The translations under genes were made by a program, and so were the position numbers. Shown here in pieces: positions 41,430 to 52,946 of a DNA stretch of 64,000 nt (within the stretch, counting starts at the first letter, position 1; every line of letters begins with the position of its first letter). The notes beneath the pieces were generated by a model. That model was not told the DNA's origin. It saw only the letters and a list, made by a program, of their open reading frames with translations, and made no database searches. Source of the stretch: an uncultured archaeon (GTDB taxonomy: Archaea; Asgardarchaeota; Thorarchaeia; Thorarchaeales; Thorarchaeaceae); assembly GCA_964558645.1 (NCBI GenBank), contig CAZLEV010000003.1, positions 205,080 to 269,079 on the forward strand, in the 5' to 3' direction.

Positions 41430-43373
41430 ATGTCGAGCCCGACTGGAGGTTCAGCAGAGACAGTTCCTCTTCGTCATGAGACTATCACACTGCTTGAGAC
41501 CGACGTCTTGTCGGTTGTACATGACGATGAACATGTCTATGCTGCTTGCAAGGATATGAAGGTCAGAGTATGGGCCAAGTCCAATTGGCATCTAGTTGCC
41601 ACGCTAGGTGACACAAGTTCTGAACCCCTTGGGCTTCATATTGATAATGAGCACATCTACGCAACATGCGAGAAACGAGTCTATGTATGGAAGAAGCATA
41701 CTTGGGGCATGATAGGATGGTTCGAGCTGAGCTACCAAGCTGCCACATCGATGATTCATGGAGAGTACCTTTACGTTGGCGCCAAGGATGGGCGACTTGT
41801 CTCGATTCGCAAAGACACACATGAAACAAGTTCATGGCAACTACACAACTCAGACATTTCATCACTGTGGGCAAACGCCGATATCATATGTACTTGCTCG
41901 AAGAAGGATAGGCCCAGAGTATGGAGATACAACGCGGACCAAGCCCCCTCTGAAGTAACTGAGCTTGAAGGAAAAGAGAAGTGCACAGATATCTCCGGAA
42001 GCAACGAACTCCTGATAGTAGGGTTAGGGACAGGCGAGATAAGACTCTGGGATCGAGTTGAATTTGACCTTGTAAAAACACTGAGCCTTGGCATTAACGA
42101 GCCAATCAGGCATATGTGGAATAACAACCAGTATCTTGTTGCAGTCATCGGCGCCAAAACCATTGGCATCTGGGACCTGAAGAGTGGGGCAGAGATTGGA
42201 TCCACAGAGATTGAGGATGTCGATATCAGCTTCCTCAGTGTTGATGGCGAACATATGTACATCGCGACTGATGACGGAATTCTGGTCGAGCGTTTCTCTC
42301 TTGGGGAGGTCATTCTTGATCTTGACTCTGAGGCTGGCATGGAGTTTGGTGCGAGCCTATTACGTACTTCTCCATATGACGTGTTGGAAGGCGTTCTTGA
42401 TTTGAAACAGAAGGGTGAATCTCTGCTCAAAGAGGGAGAGTATCACAACGCTGTGACCCAATTCGAGAAAGCACTCCAGCTACTGATTGACAATAGCCAC
42501 GCACTTCTAGAGGTTCCTGAGGAACAAGAGAAACTCACGCGAGAGCTTAACACCAAACTTGGAAGGGCCCTTCTCCGGAGTAAGATTGTGGAGCTTCATG
42601 ATATCAATGCCCGTATTGAGCAGATATCAGACGAGCTAGAACTGAAAGGTAAAACAGAAATAGAGGAGAAGGAACTCGAAAAGCTCTGGAGGGAGGCTGC
42701 ATCTGCAGCCAAAGAGAGCCGTGTGCTTGCAGAAGCGCAGGCTGGAGATATGCTTGCTTACCAGTTGTCCTATGTTGCCGATAGCTTGGAGTCAGATCTT
42801 CAGGATGCCAAGCAGAAAGTTGAGCAATACCGTGACAAGGTTCAGCAGGTTGTCGCCTTGACCCATGGCATAATGAGCGAATGGCGCTGGATGGAGCGTC
42901 GGAGGACCACACTTGCTCAGAGGAAAGCGTTTCTTGAGAACGCCATCGAGAGGCTCGAAAAGCGGCTTGACGAAGTGGATGATGATGAAGAGGTTCGTGA
43001 TATTCTCGAAGAGGCGATAGAAGAACACAAGCAGATTCAAGACCAGATATCTCGTATTCTTGAAGCCTCTGAGAACGGTGAAGAAGAAGAGATTACTGAT
43101 AGGGATGAGGCCGTAGCGGCAGTCAACGGCCTTCTGAAAGTCATGCCAAAGAGGAGGAGCGCATTGCTCTCAATTGAGGATTCTGAGGAACGACAGCAGG
43201 AGAAGGAGCGTCTGAAAAGCGCCCTGCAACAAGCGCTTGAAACCGCAGAACAACACAGTCTGAAGGAAGAGATTCGAAACATTGAGAATGAACTCAATGC
43301 ACTGGAAGGAATCGACTTGGCCAGAGAGCGCGTGTCACCACACGTAGATACCGAGGACACCGACCAACAGTAA
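41430..43373 (+). CDS. WD40 beta-propeller + MIT/TPR-like helical bundle + long coiled-coil protein
   Basis: Repeated ..VRVW/IRLWD/IGIWD blades over ~290 aa; KGESLLKEGEYHNAVTQFEKAL; E/K/Q-rich C-terminal coil. Confidence 0.8.
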   Translation: MSSPTGGSAETVPLRHETITLLETDVLSVVHDDEHVYAACKDMKVRVWAKSNWHLVATLGDTSSEPLGLHIDNEHIYATCEKRVYVWKKHTWGMIGWFELSYQAATSMIHGEYLYVGAKDGRLVSIRKDTHETSSWQLHNSDISSLWANADIICTCSKKDRPRVWRYNADQAPSEVTELEGKEKCTDISGSNELLIVGLGTGEIRLWDRVEFDLVKTLSLGINEPIRHMWNNNQYLVAVIGAKTIGIWDLKSGAEIGSTEIEDVDISFLSVDGEHMYIATDDGILVERFSLGEVILDLDSEAGMEFGASLLRTSPYDVLEGVLDLKQKGESLLKEGEYHNAVTQFEKALQLLIDNSHALLEVPEEQEKLTRELNTKLGRALLRSKIVELHDINARIEQISDELELKGKTEIEEKELEKLWREAASAAKESRVLAEAQAGDMLAYQLSYVADSLESDLQDAKQKVEQYRDKVQQVVALTHGIMSEWRWMERRRTTLAQRKAFLENAIERLEKRLDEVDDDEEVRDILEEAIEEHKQIQDQISRILEASENGEEEEITDRDEAVAAVNGLLKVMPKRRSALLSIEDSEERQQEKERLKSALQQALETAEQHSLKEEIRNIENELNALEGIDLARERVSPHVDTEDTDQQ

Positions 43374-43385
43374 CTGCAGATTTAC

Positions 43386-44018
43386 TTACCCTGCAGCCGG
43401 ATACTCGTCAGAAATGCCTAGCTCGAAGAGATTGTCTTGACGCAATAGTTCGATCCACTCGTCAGCCAAGGGTTGGAGACCCGGGTCAATGGCAAAAGCT
43501 GTTTCTGCGGCCTGCAAGGCCTCATTGTAGGACTCCTCGATGAGGTAACAGACAGCGAGGTTGTACCAGGCTACAGCCGAGTTTGGGTTGAGGCTTAGGG
43601 CACGTTCAAGCGAGTGTTTAGCTTCCTCCCATCGCTCATGGGCGATAAGGGCAATGGCAAGAAGCTCCCAATCTCTGCTCCGCTTGGGTCTGATTCGAAG
43701 GCTCTCTTGCAGAGCGTCAATTCCCTCATCACTCTCATTAAGAAGCAGGTGAAGATATCCTTTTTCAGCCCATGCTTTTTCAGAACAGGGTTTAATTCTC
43801 ACTACGTTCTCAAGCGCCTCCAAGGCTTTCTTCGGTCGTTTCAGTTCAAGGTTGCAGACAGCTATTCGCTCCCAGATGTGATAGTTGTCTGGGTCGATTA
43901 GTGCTCCCTCTTCAAGAGCGTCCACAGCCTCAGAGAACCTGAACTTCTTCATCAAGACAGAGGCCTGATCCAGAATACCGTTTACTGCATTGTTTTTGTG
44001 GTTGTTTCTTAACAACAC
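43386..44018 (-). CDS. Tetratricopeptide repeat protein
   Basis: About five TPR units (e.g. ALSLNPNSAVAWYNLAVCY). Confidence 0.9.
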   Translation of the reverse strand: MLLRNNHKNNAVNGILDQASVLMKKFRFSEAVDALEEGALIDPDNYHIWERIAVCNLELKRPKKALEALENVVRIKPCSEKAWAEKGYLHLLLNESDEGIDALQESLRIRPKRSRDWELLAIALIAHERWEEAKHSLERALSLNPNSAVAWYNLAVCYLIEESYNEALQAAETAFAIDPGLQPLADEWIELLRQDNLFELGISDEYPAAG

Positions 44019-44110
44019 TCAACACCCCAGGTTGTGAGATCCCATGTTCTGATGATGCCAGCCCAATTTAAACATAGAAAAACCTTGTTCTGATAGCAAA
44101 ATAACCCAGA

Positions 44111-44136
44111 GGACAGAGCTAGCTTCAGCTCTGTCC
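44111..44136 (-). terminator. Perfect 10-bp hairpin just downstream of the 44145 stop
   Basis: GGACAGAGCT-AGCTTC-AGCTCTGTCC. Confidence 0.55.
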
Positions 44137-44144
44137 ATGGGCAG

Positions 44145-45608
44145 TTACTGGTCCCAACCAGTCAGGGTTATCTTGACGATGTTTCCCAACATCAAGCTGT
44201 CTGGAGTTACCAACTTGAGTGGCCAGTCCGGATCGGTTAAGAGCTCACCATCTGCCCATCCTGCTATTATGAGGCTGTTATTGAAGGCCGCCTCGAGGGC
44301 TGTGAAGGTTAGGTTTGCACCAGAGCCCGAGTACAGAGTGACGTTGTATCCCATCGATACCAGTGTGGTATTGAACTGGAAATGCTCATCATCGCCTCCA
44401 TCCATGGCCGAGATGAGAGTCCAGAGCGGAAGCCCTGTGTAGTTGACAGAGTCGACTTCTAGAGCAATTCGGTGATGAGCGCAAGAGGCCGCAGCGTAGT
44501 AGGTATCATAGGTCATATTGAAGGACACCACGCCCTCAAGCTGCAGTTCCCATGGTGTCGTCGTGTCTTGTACTGCAATCTCCACGACATCCTTTGCCCA
44601 GAGGTGTCCCTCACTGAAGTAGTCCTCGTCGCAGAGGAAGATGATTCGGAGGGGACCTCCAAAGTCCGAAGAGAGAGGCTCACCGTCTTGCCCATAGGCT
44701 AGCAACATTGTAAAGTTTGCATAACCCGCCACCTCTCCTGTTTCGGGATCGAAAGCCTGTAGTGTGCCTTCTGCTTGGTCTTGAGTATAATAAACTGTAA
44801 AGCCGTCACCAGCAATTGCCCGTACTGAGTATTCAGCAGGCAGTCCCAGTTCCTGGCTCAAGAGGTTGTAAATGGGAACCCCTGTATAGTTGTAAGGCCC
44901 TTGCGGGTTTGGTGGTGTGACACCAGTCTTGACATAGCCGGCCGAACCTGTTATGGAACCGAACTCTTTAATTTCGTCCATTGAGTAGAATTTCGACTCG
45001 TCTCCCATTCTCAGGGTCAATGCTGATTCGGGTGCTGATATGATTTCGATTCTGGCAACATTCTGAACACACCGCGGTCCTGCAGCACTCCCAAGGAGCC
45101 TTTCAGTAGTACTGTTCCCGTAGTCGTTATTTGAGTAGTACCCATCCTCCGGGAGGAACATGATTCTGTAACCCTCCTCCCAAGTTGGAACCTCGGTGCC
45201 GTTAAACTCAAAGGCGAGAACCATGTCGCCTTGGTAGGAGTACCAGTCTTCATCAGGATAGACATTCCCGTAGGAGTACTGCTGGTTGTATCCGTCGGTT
45301 GCTGTGATGTTCAGCCACTGGTCTTCTGTCATCCCGCCCACAGCCTCGATAAGCACTGATACGTTGACACCCTTGTAGGTTCCTTGGCCTCTCACGTTAC
45401 CAAACGAGTTCTGAAATGACCCTTCTCTCCCCACTGCAGGCAACGCTCTTAAATCACTAAGCGTGAGTTCTGTTGTTCCAGCAATTCCGATTACTTCGAC
45501 AGACGGCCCCGTATCAGCCGGCGGTATCATCATGAGTCCGACAATTGCAGAACCCGCAACTACCAATACGACGACGAGTACTGCGTATAGCTTTGTGTTT
45601 GATTCCAT
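44145..45608 (-). CDS. Membrane-anchored protein with three tandem molybdopterin-oxidoreductase-like (Oxidored_molyb) domains
   Basis: Three repeats of Y(K/T)G(V/L)...DG(Y/F)...LA...(N/D)G..L...P(L)R/K; N-terminal TM; ATG 45608. Confidence 0.7.
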   Translation of the reverse strand: MESNTKLYAVLVVVLVVAGSAIVGLMMIPPADTGPSVEVIGIAGTTELTLSDLRALPAVGREGSFQNSFGNVRGQGTYKGVNVSVLIEAVGGMTEDQWLNITATDGYNQQYSYGNVYPDEDWYSYQGDMVLAFEFNGTEVPTWEEGYRIMFLPEDGYYSNNDYGNSTTERLLGSAAGPRCVQNVARIEIISAPESALTLRMGDESKFYSMDEIKEFGSITGSAGYVKTGVTPPNPQGPYNYTGVPIYNLLSQELGLPAEYSVRAIAGDGFTVYYTQDQAEGTLQAFDPETGEVAGYANFTMLLAYGQDGEPLSSDFGGPLRIIFLCDEDYFSEGHLWAKDVVEIAVQDTTTPWELQLEGVVSFNMTYDTYYAAASCAHHRIALEVDSVNYTGLPLWTLISAMDGGDDEHFQFNTTLVSMGYNVTLYSGSGANLTFTALEAAFNNSLIIAGWADGELLTDPDWPLKLVTPDSLMLGNIVKITLTGWDQ

Positions 45609-45620
45609 TTCTGCTATCCA

Positions 45621-45710
45621 CCTTTCCGTTATGTTTGGTTGTGCAGAACGGACTGAACCCGGTAATATACCTTGGGGATTCGCCAAGAAAACGGAGCTCT
45701 GGACTCAGCC
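45621..45710 (-). promoter_or_regulatory. Candidate structured leader RNA / attenuator
   Basis: 10-bp stem that pairs only on the sense strand via G-U pairs, enclosing two hairpins; competing UCCGUU/AACGGA pairing at the SD. Confidence 0.3.
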
Positions 45711-45720
45711 TATCGGGTGA

Positions 45721-46101
45721 CTAGACTACCGCGATTGCTTCAATCTCGACGCCGACATCCTTCGGAAGCCTTGCAACCTCAACAGCTGCTCTTGCTGGAG
45801 GATCTTTCATGAACCATTTGGCATATTCTGCGTTCATCTCCGCGAAGTCATTCATGTCCTTCAGGAAGACCGTCACTTTCACTACGTTCGGCAAGGAACT
45901 TCCGGCTTCTTCAACAACTGCCTTTAGATTACTGAGGACTGCATTTGTCTGTTTTGTGATTGAACCCCCGACAAGCTCACCAGTTCTTGGGTCCATTGGA
46001 ATCTGACCCGAGCAGAACACAAGATTCTCTGTCTTGACTGCCTGTGAGTATGGACCGATTGCCTTGGGTGCTTTTGGAGTTGCAACGATTTCTCTAACCA
46101 T
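45721..46101 (-). CDS. ridA: RidA/YjgF enamine-imine deaminase
   Basis: [37 protein letters not shown]. Confidence 0.95.
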   Translation of the reverse strand: MVREIVATPKAPKAIGPYSQAVKTENLVFCSGQIPMDPRTGELVGGSITKQTNAVLSNLKAVVEEAGSSLPNVVKVTVFLKDMNDFAEMNAEYAKWFMKDPPARAAVEVARLPKDVGVEIEAIAVV

Positions 46102-46176
46102 ATTGCATCATCTGGATTCTGTAGGAAGCTAGGCTTTAGTCTATCGGTCGGTCTGATACACAGATGTCAGGATTAG

Positions 46177-48306
<2,130 letters not shown>

Positions 48307-48374
48307 CTATTTGAGTGAGGTGACTCCCTTACGCTTATCTTGGTTTCGTATTCAATGCTCACAGCAGAAAACAG

Positions 48375-49262
48375 GTGCTGAATAGGATGCAAGAAGTCAT
48401 CAGACCTCTCAGTCAAGATGATGTCTCCGAAATAGTAGAGATGACGAAGAACGTTTGGGGTGGGAATGATTACGTTCCAGTGGCATTGCAGCAATGGATG
48501 AAGGATTCGTCTTCATATCCATATGTCATGGAGAGAAGGGGAGAAGTTGTGTGTGCTGCAAATCTACGAATGATGGACGGGCACCGCACAGCTTGGATGG
48601 AGGGAATCCGCGTCCATCCAGATGTCAGAAGGGAAGGGCTGGGACACACAATGACAGGATACATGATAGATCAGGCGAAGAGAATGAACGCGAAACGGGT
48701 GCGTCTCATTACTGCCTATCGAAACAGAGCTGCTGTGAAGCTTGCTACAAGTGCAGGCCTGAAGCCCATAACATCGATGCAATCCTTCTGGAAAGGGGAC
48801 GTCTCGGAGATCGAATGGCGTTTTGAGAACGCTACTGTCACTGAGATTGACTACACTACCTTGGCGACTGCTTTAGAGAAACAACCCGCGTTGATACCTG
48901 AAGGTGTTCTGATTTATCATTGGGATGCTGTTGACACTGACTGCATCGGGCTCGAATCTGCATCGGCCGAAGCGGGGTTTTGGGCAACAGAAGAAGGTGG
49001 AAAAATTATGGCAGTATCAACTGGCGTGGCTTTCGATAGTCGAAGAGAACGAGAGTGGTTTGCCACAATCTATCCGCTGGACACCTCTGCGTTTCTTCAG
49101 TCGTTCTCCCATCACCTATCACTTGCAGTGGAGAACCGCTGTGACCTAATCATCTGCACTCATCCTCCGCAATACGGAAGACTGTACGATGATGAAGAAG
49201 TGCTGAAACACCGAGATCATGAGATTGAAATCGCGCTGTTTGAGCGAATCTTGAGCGACTGA
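48375..49262 (+). CDS. GNAT family N-acetyltransferase
   Basis: GNDYVP, WMEGIRVHPDVRREGLG, NRAAVKLA. Confidence 0.85.
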   Translation: MLNRMQEVIRPLSQDDVSEIVEMTKNVWGGNDYVPVALQQWMKDSSSYPYVMERRGEVVCAANLRMMDGHRTAWMEGIRVHPDVRREGLGHTMTGYMIDQAKRMNAKRVRLITAYRNRAAVKLATSAGLKPITSMQSFWKGDVSEIEWRFENATVTEIDYTTLATALEKQPALIPEGVLIYHWDAVDTDCIGLESASAEAGFWATEEGGKIMAVSTGVAFDSRREREWFATIYPLDTSAFLQSFSHHLSLAVENRCDLIICTHPPQYGRLYDDEEVLKHRDHEIEIALFERILSD

Positions 49263-49296
49263 TGTACTCACGATGCACCGGTGTTAGCCAAGAAGG

Positions 49297-50586
49297 TCAT
49301 CGATTACTGGCTGGGATTTTTGCCTCGGTATTGCGAGCGTCCCAATAGTCTAGATACTCCTCTACCTCGACATCAATGCCCTCAAAGTTGGATACCAGAG
49401 TATCGAGAGCGTTTTCGTACTCTGGGACAATCTGTTGGATAGCAGTCGGTGCCCTGCTCCTTTTGAACTCTGCTCTGATTCTTCCTTGATACTCAGATAT
49501 GGTTTGCCGCACTGACTCTCTGGACCTAGCGAAGCGGAGGGATATCTCTCTCTTTGCAGATTCTCTTCTCCACCAGTAGCTCTTCTGCGAGAAGGTTTCT
49601 CCCCCGATGTTGAATGCTTCATATACTTCAGGGGAATCGAATCCAACTGGCCAATAGACCGCTGAACAGGGATTTGACGCTGCAGTGAACCAGTGAGTCT
49701 GTTGGTTTCCCAGTTCAGATATCTGGCTGCCCGTTGCCGAGTAGCTATTCTCGTGACCTGCATGTTGACAGATGGCTGCAACTTCTTGATTCCAAGGGGT
49801 CCAGTCTTCAGGATGATGGCGCAGAATCCTTGCCATCTTTTCCCAGTTCATCTCTCCCTCCATCTCGAGAAGGTATTCGTTGGAACACTGAAGCCGATCA
49901 TCACATCGTGATATGTATCTCATGACTTCATTACCGTATACACCAGCGAAGTCGAATTCCTCTTCTCCATCATACCATCCCATCTTCATTGCATGTTCCA
50001 CGATGTCATCCGACCCACGATCCCACTGCCCATGGATGGTGTAACCGTTTGAGATAGCGCGGATGCTCCTCACACGCTCAGCAACCCATCTTCTCCTTGA
50101 AGTTTCGAGAACCCATGCCTCGTCTTGGTCGGCAATCATGAAGCTGTTGTGATACATCATCACTCCACCTAGCTCGCACACTCCTCCCTGCCCATATTCT
50201 TCTAGTAGACATGTAATCACATCTAGGGCCTCTTTTGCAGATGCAGCTCTCTCTAGGCCAAGACGAACGAGGTCCATTCCAAGCAGACCTGTTTCAGGCA
50301 CTCCCTCTTTGGAGAAGACCGCCTCGTTACCAATCACAACTCCATGTTCGTTTGCACCCATCTCAGCTCCCCAGAGCCAGAAAGGACACGAAAGAAACAC
50401 CGCATTAGTCTTGCTGGACTGAGGAATTTTTATGTAAGTGCACCGAAGCTCCGATTCTGTTTCATACTCTGTTTGTGGGATGATTCTGATGACCTGTGCC
50501 TCATTGGGGGGCCTATCACTGTTCTTTCCCCAGATGTTGGTCCCGTCTTCAGTGGCATTCCCCAGAGCTACTAGTGTATCACACAA
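49297..50586 (-). CDS. Peptidase C69 / secernin-like Ntn hydrolase
   Basis: MCDT N-terminal nucleophile, KNSDRPPNE, WGAEMGANEHGVVIGNEA, GMDLVRLGLER. Confidence 0.9.
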   Translation of the reverse strand: MCDTLVALGNATEDGTNIWGKNSDRPPNEAQVIRIIPQTEYETESELRCTYIKIPQSSKTNAVFLSCPFWLWGAEMGANEHGVVIGNEAVFSKEGVPETGLLGMDLVRLGLERAASAKEALDVITCLLEEYGQGGVCELGGVMMYHNSFMIADQDEAWVLETSRRRWVAERVRSIRAISNGYTIHGQWDRGSDDIVEHAMKMGWYDGEEEFDFAGVYGNEVMRYISRCDDRLQCSNEYLLEMEGEMNWEKMARILRHHPEDWTPWNQEVAAICQHAGHENSYSATGSQISELGNQQTHWFTAASNPCSAVYWPVGFDSPEVYEAFNIGGETFSQKSYWWRRESAKREISLRFARSRESVRQTISEYQGRIRAEFKRSRAPTAIQQIVPEYENALDTLVSNFEGIDVEVEEYLDYWDARNTEAKIPASNR

Positions 50587-50614
50587 TTACTCCACCACAT
50601 TGTCTTGAAATCAC

Positions 50615-51484
50615 TTAGCTATGCTTCTCTTCTGATGATTGCTGAGCAGAATACTCCGCAGATACGGCTTGCAAGCGCAAATAGGGAAAGCTCTTCTCAT
50701 CGAGCGCCCACGCGGCCTCAACTTCAGTAGGTACTTGTACTCCATCCATGTTCTTGTATTCAGAATACCGCAAAATCCATGGAACCTGGGCAAAACCCTC
50801 TTCTGTTTCTCGGTAACGTTCACTTGTTTTGAACTCGATTATTCTCCCGTCCGTATCGAATACAAAGACTCCGGAGGCTCTGATTTCACCAAGTCGGGCA
50901 GAGACCCTAACTGAGTTGTCGCTTTCCCCTTTCCATTCCAGTTCGTGATTGTAGATTATTGATGCGGGAAACCATGGAATCTCTGAGAGGTATCTCACAA
51001 TCATCGATGTAGTGATCTCTGGACCGCTTCGATTCTCCATGCTTCTGGAGTAGGCAGGTTTCAGAAGCACGGACCCTTTCCCATCAATGAGTTTGTCCCT
51101 CGCAGAAACCGTGAATCTAGTCGCTGGATTCAAGAAGGCGCTCCAGAGGAATGCTAATTCAGAAACCAATGCATGAGAATCTGATTCGATAGGGAACCAT
51201 CCCGACTGATCTCCCAGACGGAACTCGCCGAGTTGTGAAACCTGAACATGGTCCTTGAGATCTTTGCCTGGATCGAGCACATCGTTGGCGTAGGACCGTA
51301 TTAGTGGTGGGAGTGAGTCCATGTCAACTCGCTCCATCTGTTGAGCACTCTTTGCCCTTTTGTGAAGGGCCCGTATCTCTCGTTCGAGCATAGACTGAAA
51401 CTGCTTGTCTGTTCGTTTTGCGAAGAAGCAGAATACTGAAAGAGCCCCGATAATTACGGTTGCGAGAATGACTATTTCAAGCAT
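50615..51484 (-). CDS. DUF6544-like membrane-anchored protein
   Basis: N-terminal TM; LPPLIRSY, RYLSEIPWFP, VPTEVEAAW. Confidence 0.65.
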   Translation of the reverse strand: MLEIVILATVIIGALSVFCFFAKRTDKQFQSMLEREIRALHKRAKSAQQMERVDMDSLPPLIRSYANDVLDPGKDLKDHVQVSQLGEFRLGDQSGWFPIESDSHALVSELAFLWSAFLNPATRFTVSARDKLIDGKGSVLLKPAYSRSMENRSGPEITTSMIVRYLSEIPWFPASIIYNHELEWKGESDNSVRVSARLGEIRASGVFVFDTDGRIIEFKTSERYRETEEGFAQVPWILRYSEYKNMDGVQVPTEVEAAWALDEKSFPYLRLQAVSAEYSAQQSSEEKHS

Positions 51485-51551
51485 GAATCACAACTCTGAT
51501 CACGAGCTTCAATGCGACATAAGATATGAGTCTTCTTACCGTCGCGTTTGC

Positions 51552-52364
51552 TTAGAGTCTATCTCGGTGTTCGTGTAGCCACTCTTCAAGATACTCCGAC
51601 TCCAAATCTGCAGATTCCTTCAGACCCTTGCCTGTCATTCCGTCAACGAGGGTCTTTGTGCTGATCACAGTCTTTCGGTCCTTGGATGCCAGTGTCTCGA
51701 CGAACTCCGCCGCATATGCCATGAGTTCATCTTTTGGGAGGACTCTGTCAGCGAGACCAATTCGGTACGCCTCTTGTGCGTTGATCTTCCTTCCTGTGAG
51801 AAGTATATCTTTAGCATGGGCAGGACCCACAAGCGCGATAAGATTTGACGCAGCACCTGCCCCTGGGAATATCGACAAATCCACTTCTGGCAGTCTGAAG
51901 ATAGCGTCATCCGAAAATAGTCGAAAGTCACATGCGGTTGCCAGTATCGCTCCGAATCCAACGGCATATCCGTTAATCGCGGCGACCGTCAGACAGTTTT
52001 TTGCATACCTGACATGCTGAATGCTGGTTTCGAGCAATTTGAAGAAGTCGTAATGTGACTTGCCTTTGAGTGATTGAACTGTCTTCAAGTCAAAGCCGGC
52101 ACAGAATGACCTGTCTCCTTCACCGGTGAACAGAATGCACGCAATTTCTGGGTCATCAGTCAGCTTGGATACCTTCTTCTCGAAATCTTCGAGCATCTCT
52201 CTTGTGACCGAGTTCATCTTCTCTTCTCGGGATATGGTGACTTTCGCTACCTCATTCTGAATTTCGACTTTGATGGTTCCATTCAAGCTGGCTCTCTCCG
52301 GGAATCGTTCCGTGTCTGAACTAAGGTCATCAAAATATGTCTTCCTAGAACTGGCTCGTCCCAA
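51552..52364 (-). CDS. Enoyl-CoA hydratase/isomerase family protein
   Basis: FCAGFDL, AAINGYAVGFG, LPEVDLSIFPG. Confidence 0.92.
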   Translation of the reverse strand: MGRASSRKTYFDDLSSDTERFPERASLNGTIKVEIQNEVAKVTISREEKMNSVTREMLEDFEKKVSKLTDDPEIACILFTGEGDRSFCAGFDLKTVQSLKGKSHYDFFKLLETSIQHVRYAKNCLTVAAINGYAVGFGAILATACDFRLFSDDAIFRLPEVDLSIFPGAGAASNLIALVGPAHAKDILLTGRKINAQEAYRIGLADRVLPKDELMAYAAEFVETLASKDRKTVISTKTLVDGMTGKGLKESADLESEYLEEWLHEHRDRL

Positions 52365-52386
52365 GTGGCACCTAGACGCCTGCTTA

Positions 52387-52821
52387 TCACTTGCAGGCTG
52401 AACAGTCTTCTTTTACATGTTCACAATGCTCTCTATGAACCTCGCAGATAAACCCAGCATCTCTGAGCACATCGATCAGTCTATTGATCTCTCGCGTCAT
52501 CATTTCGTAGACCATCTCCCCTGCTTCACGGCCTTCCCATGCTTCGATGATGACATCTGCAGACTTGTCGACTTCCCCCATGAGCTCGTTGGGGATGGCA
52601 ATCTGGTCGCCTCTTGATCTCTTGGAGCGTTTCAGCTTGTATTGGGTTATAGCAGGTTCCGTGACACCAAGCATCTTGGCTATTGTTTTCTGGGGAATCC
52701 CCCTGTCTATCATGATTCGGGTCAGTTCTCTCCTGATAGCAGGAATGATATACCACACTTCAACTTCTTGAGGCATCAACCAAGTCCGCTTTTTGCTCCT
52801 TCTCGGCATTGTAACCACCAT
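52387..52821 (-). CDS. Archaeal XRE-like HTH transcriptional regulator (COG2522-like) with C-terminal C/H metal site
   Basis: PAIRREL, QKTIAKMLGVTEPAITQY, C..H...C....C..C. Confidence 0.8.
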   Translation of the reverse strand: MVVTMPRRSKKRTWLMPQEVEVWYIIPAIRRELTRIMIDRGIPQKTIAKMLGVTEPAITQYKLKRSKRSRGDQIAIPNELMGEVDKSADVIIEAWEGREAGEMVYEMMTREINRLIDVLRDAGFICEVHREHCEHVKEDCSACK

Positions 52822-52946
52822 AGTGACTTATCATGATTCAATTCGATATTGTTAAGGCGGGCCTAATAAGGATGGTGGCTATGGCACCCAGATGCGCGAG
52901 TCCCATAAACCGATACTCGTTCCAGCAGGAGGCGACAATCCCAGAG

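Noticed and set aside
41771-42430. Long antisense ORFs (219 aa here; also 39221-39859, 9870-10436, 19366-19923, 36195-36758)
   Set aside because: Shadow ORFs opposite well-supported genes, with no motifs.
44045-44094. Box C/D sRNA (TGATGA ... CTGA)
   Set aside because: No internal D'/C' boxes, short spacing, and it overlaps the TPR gene TATA box.
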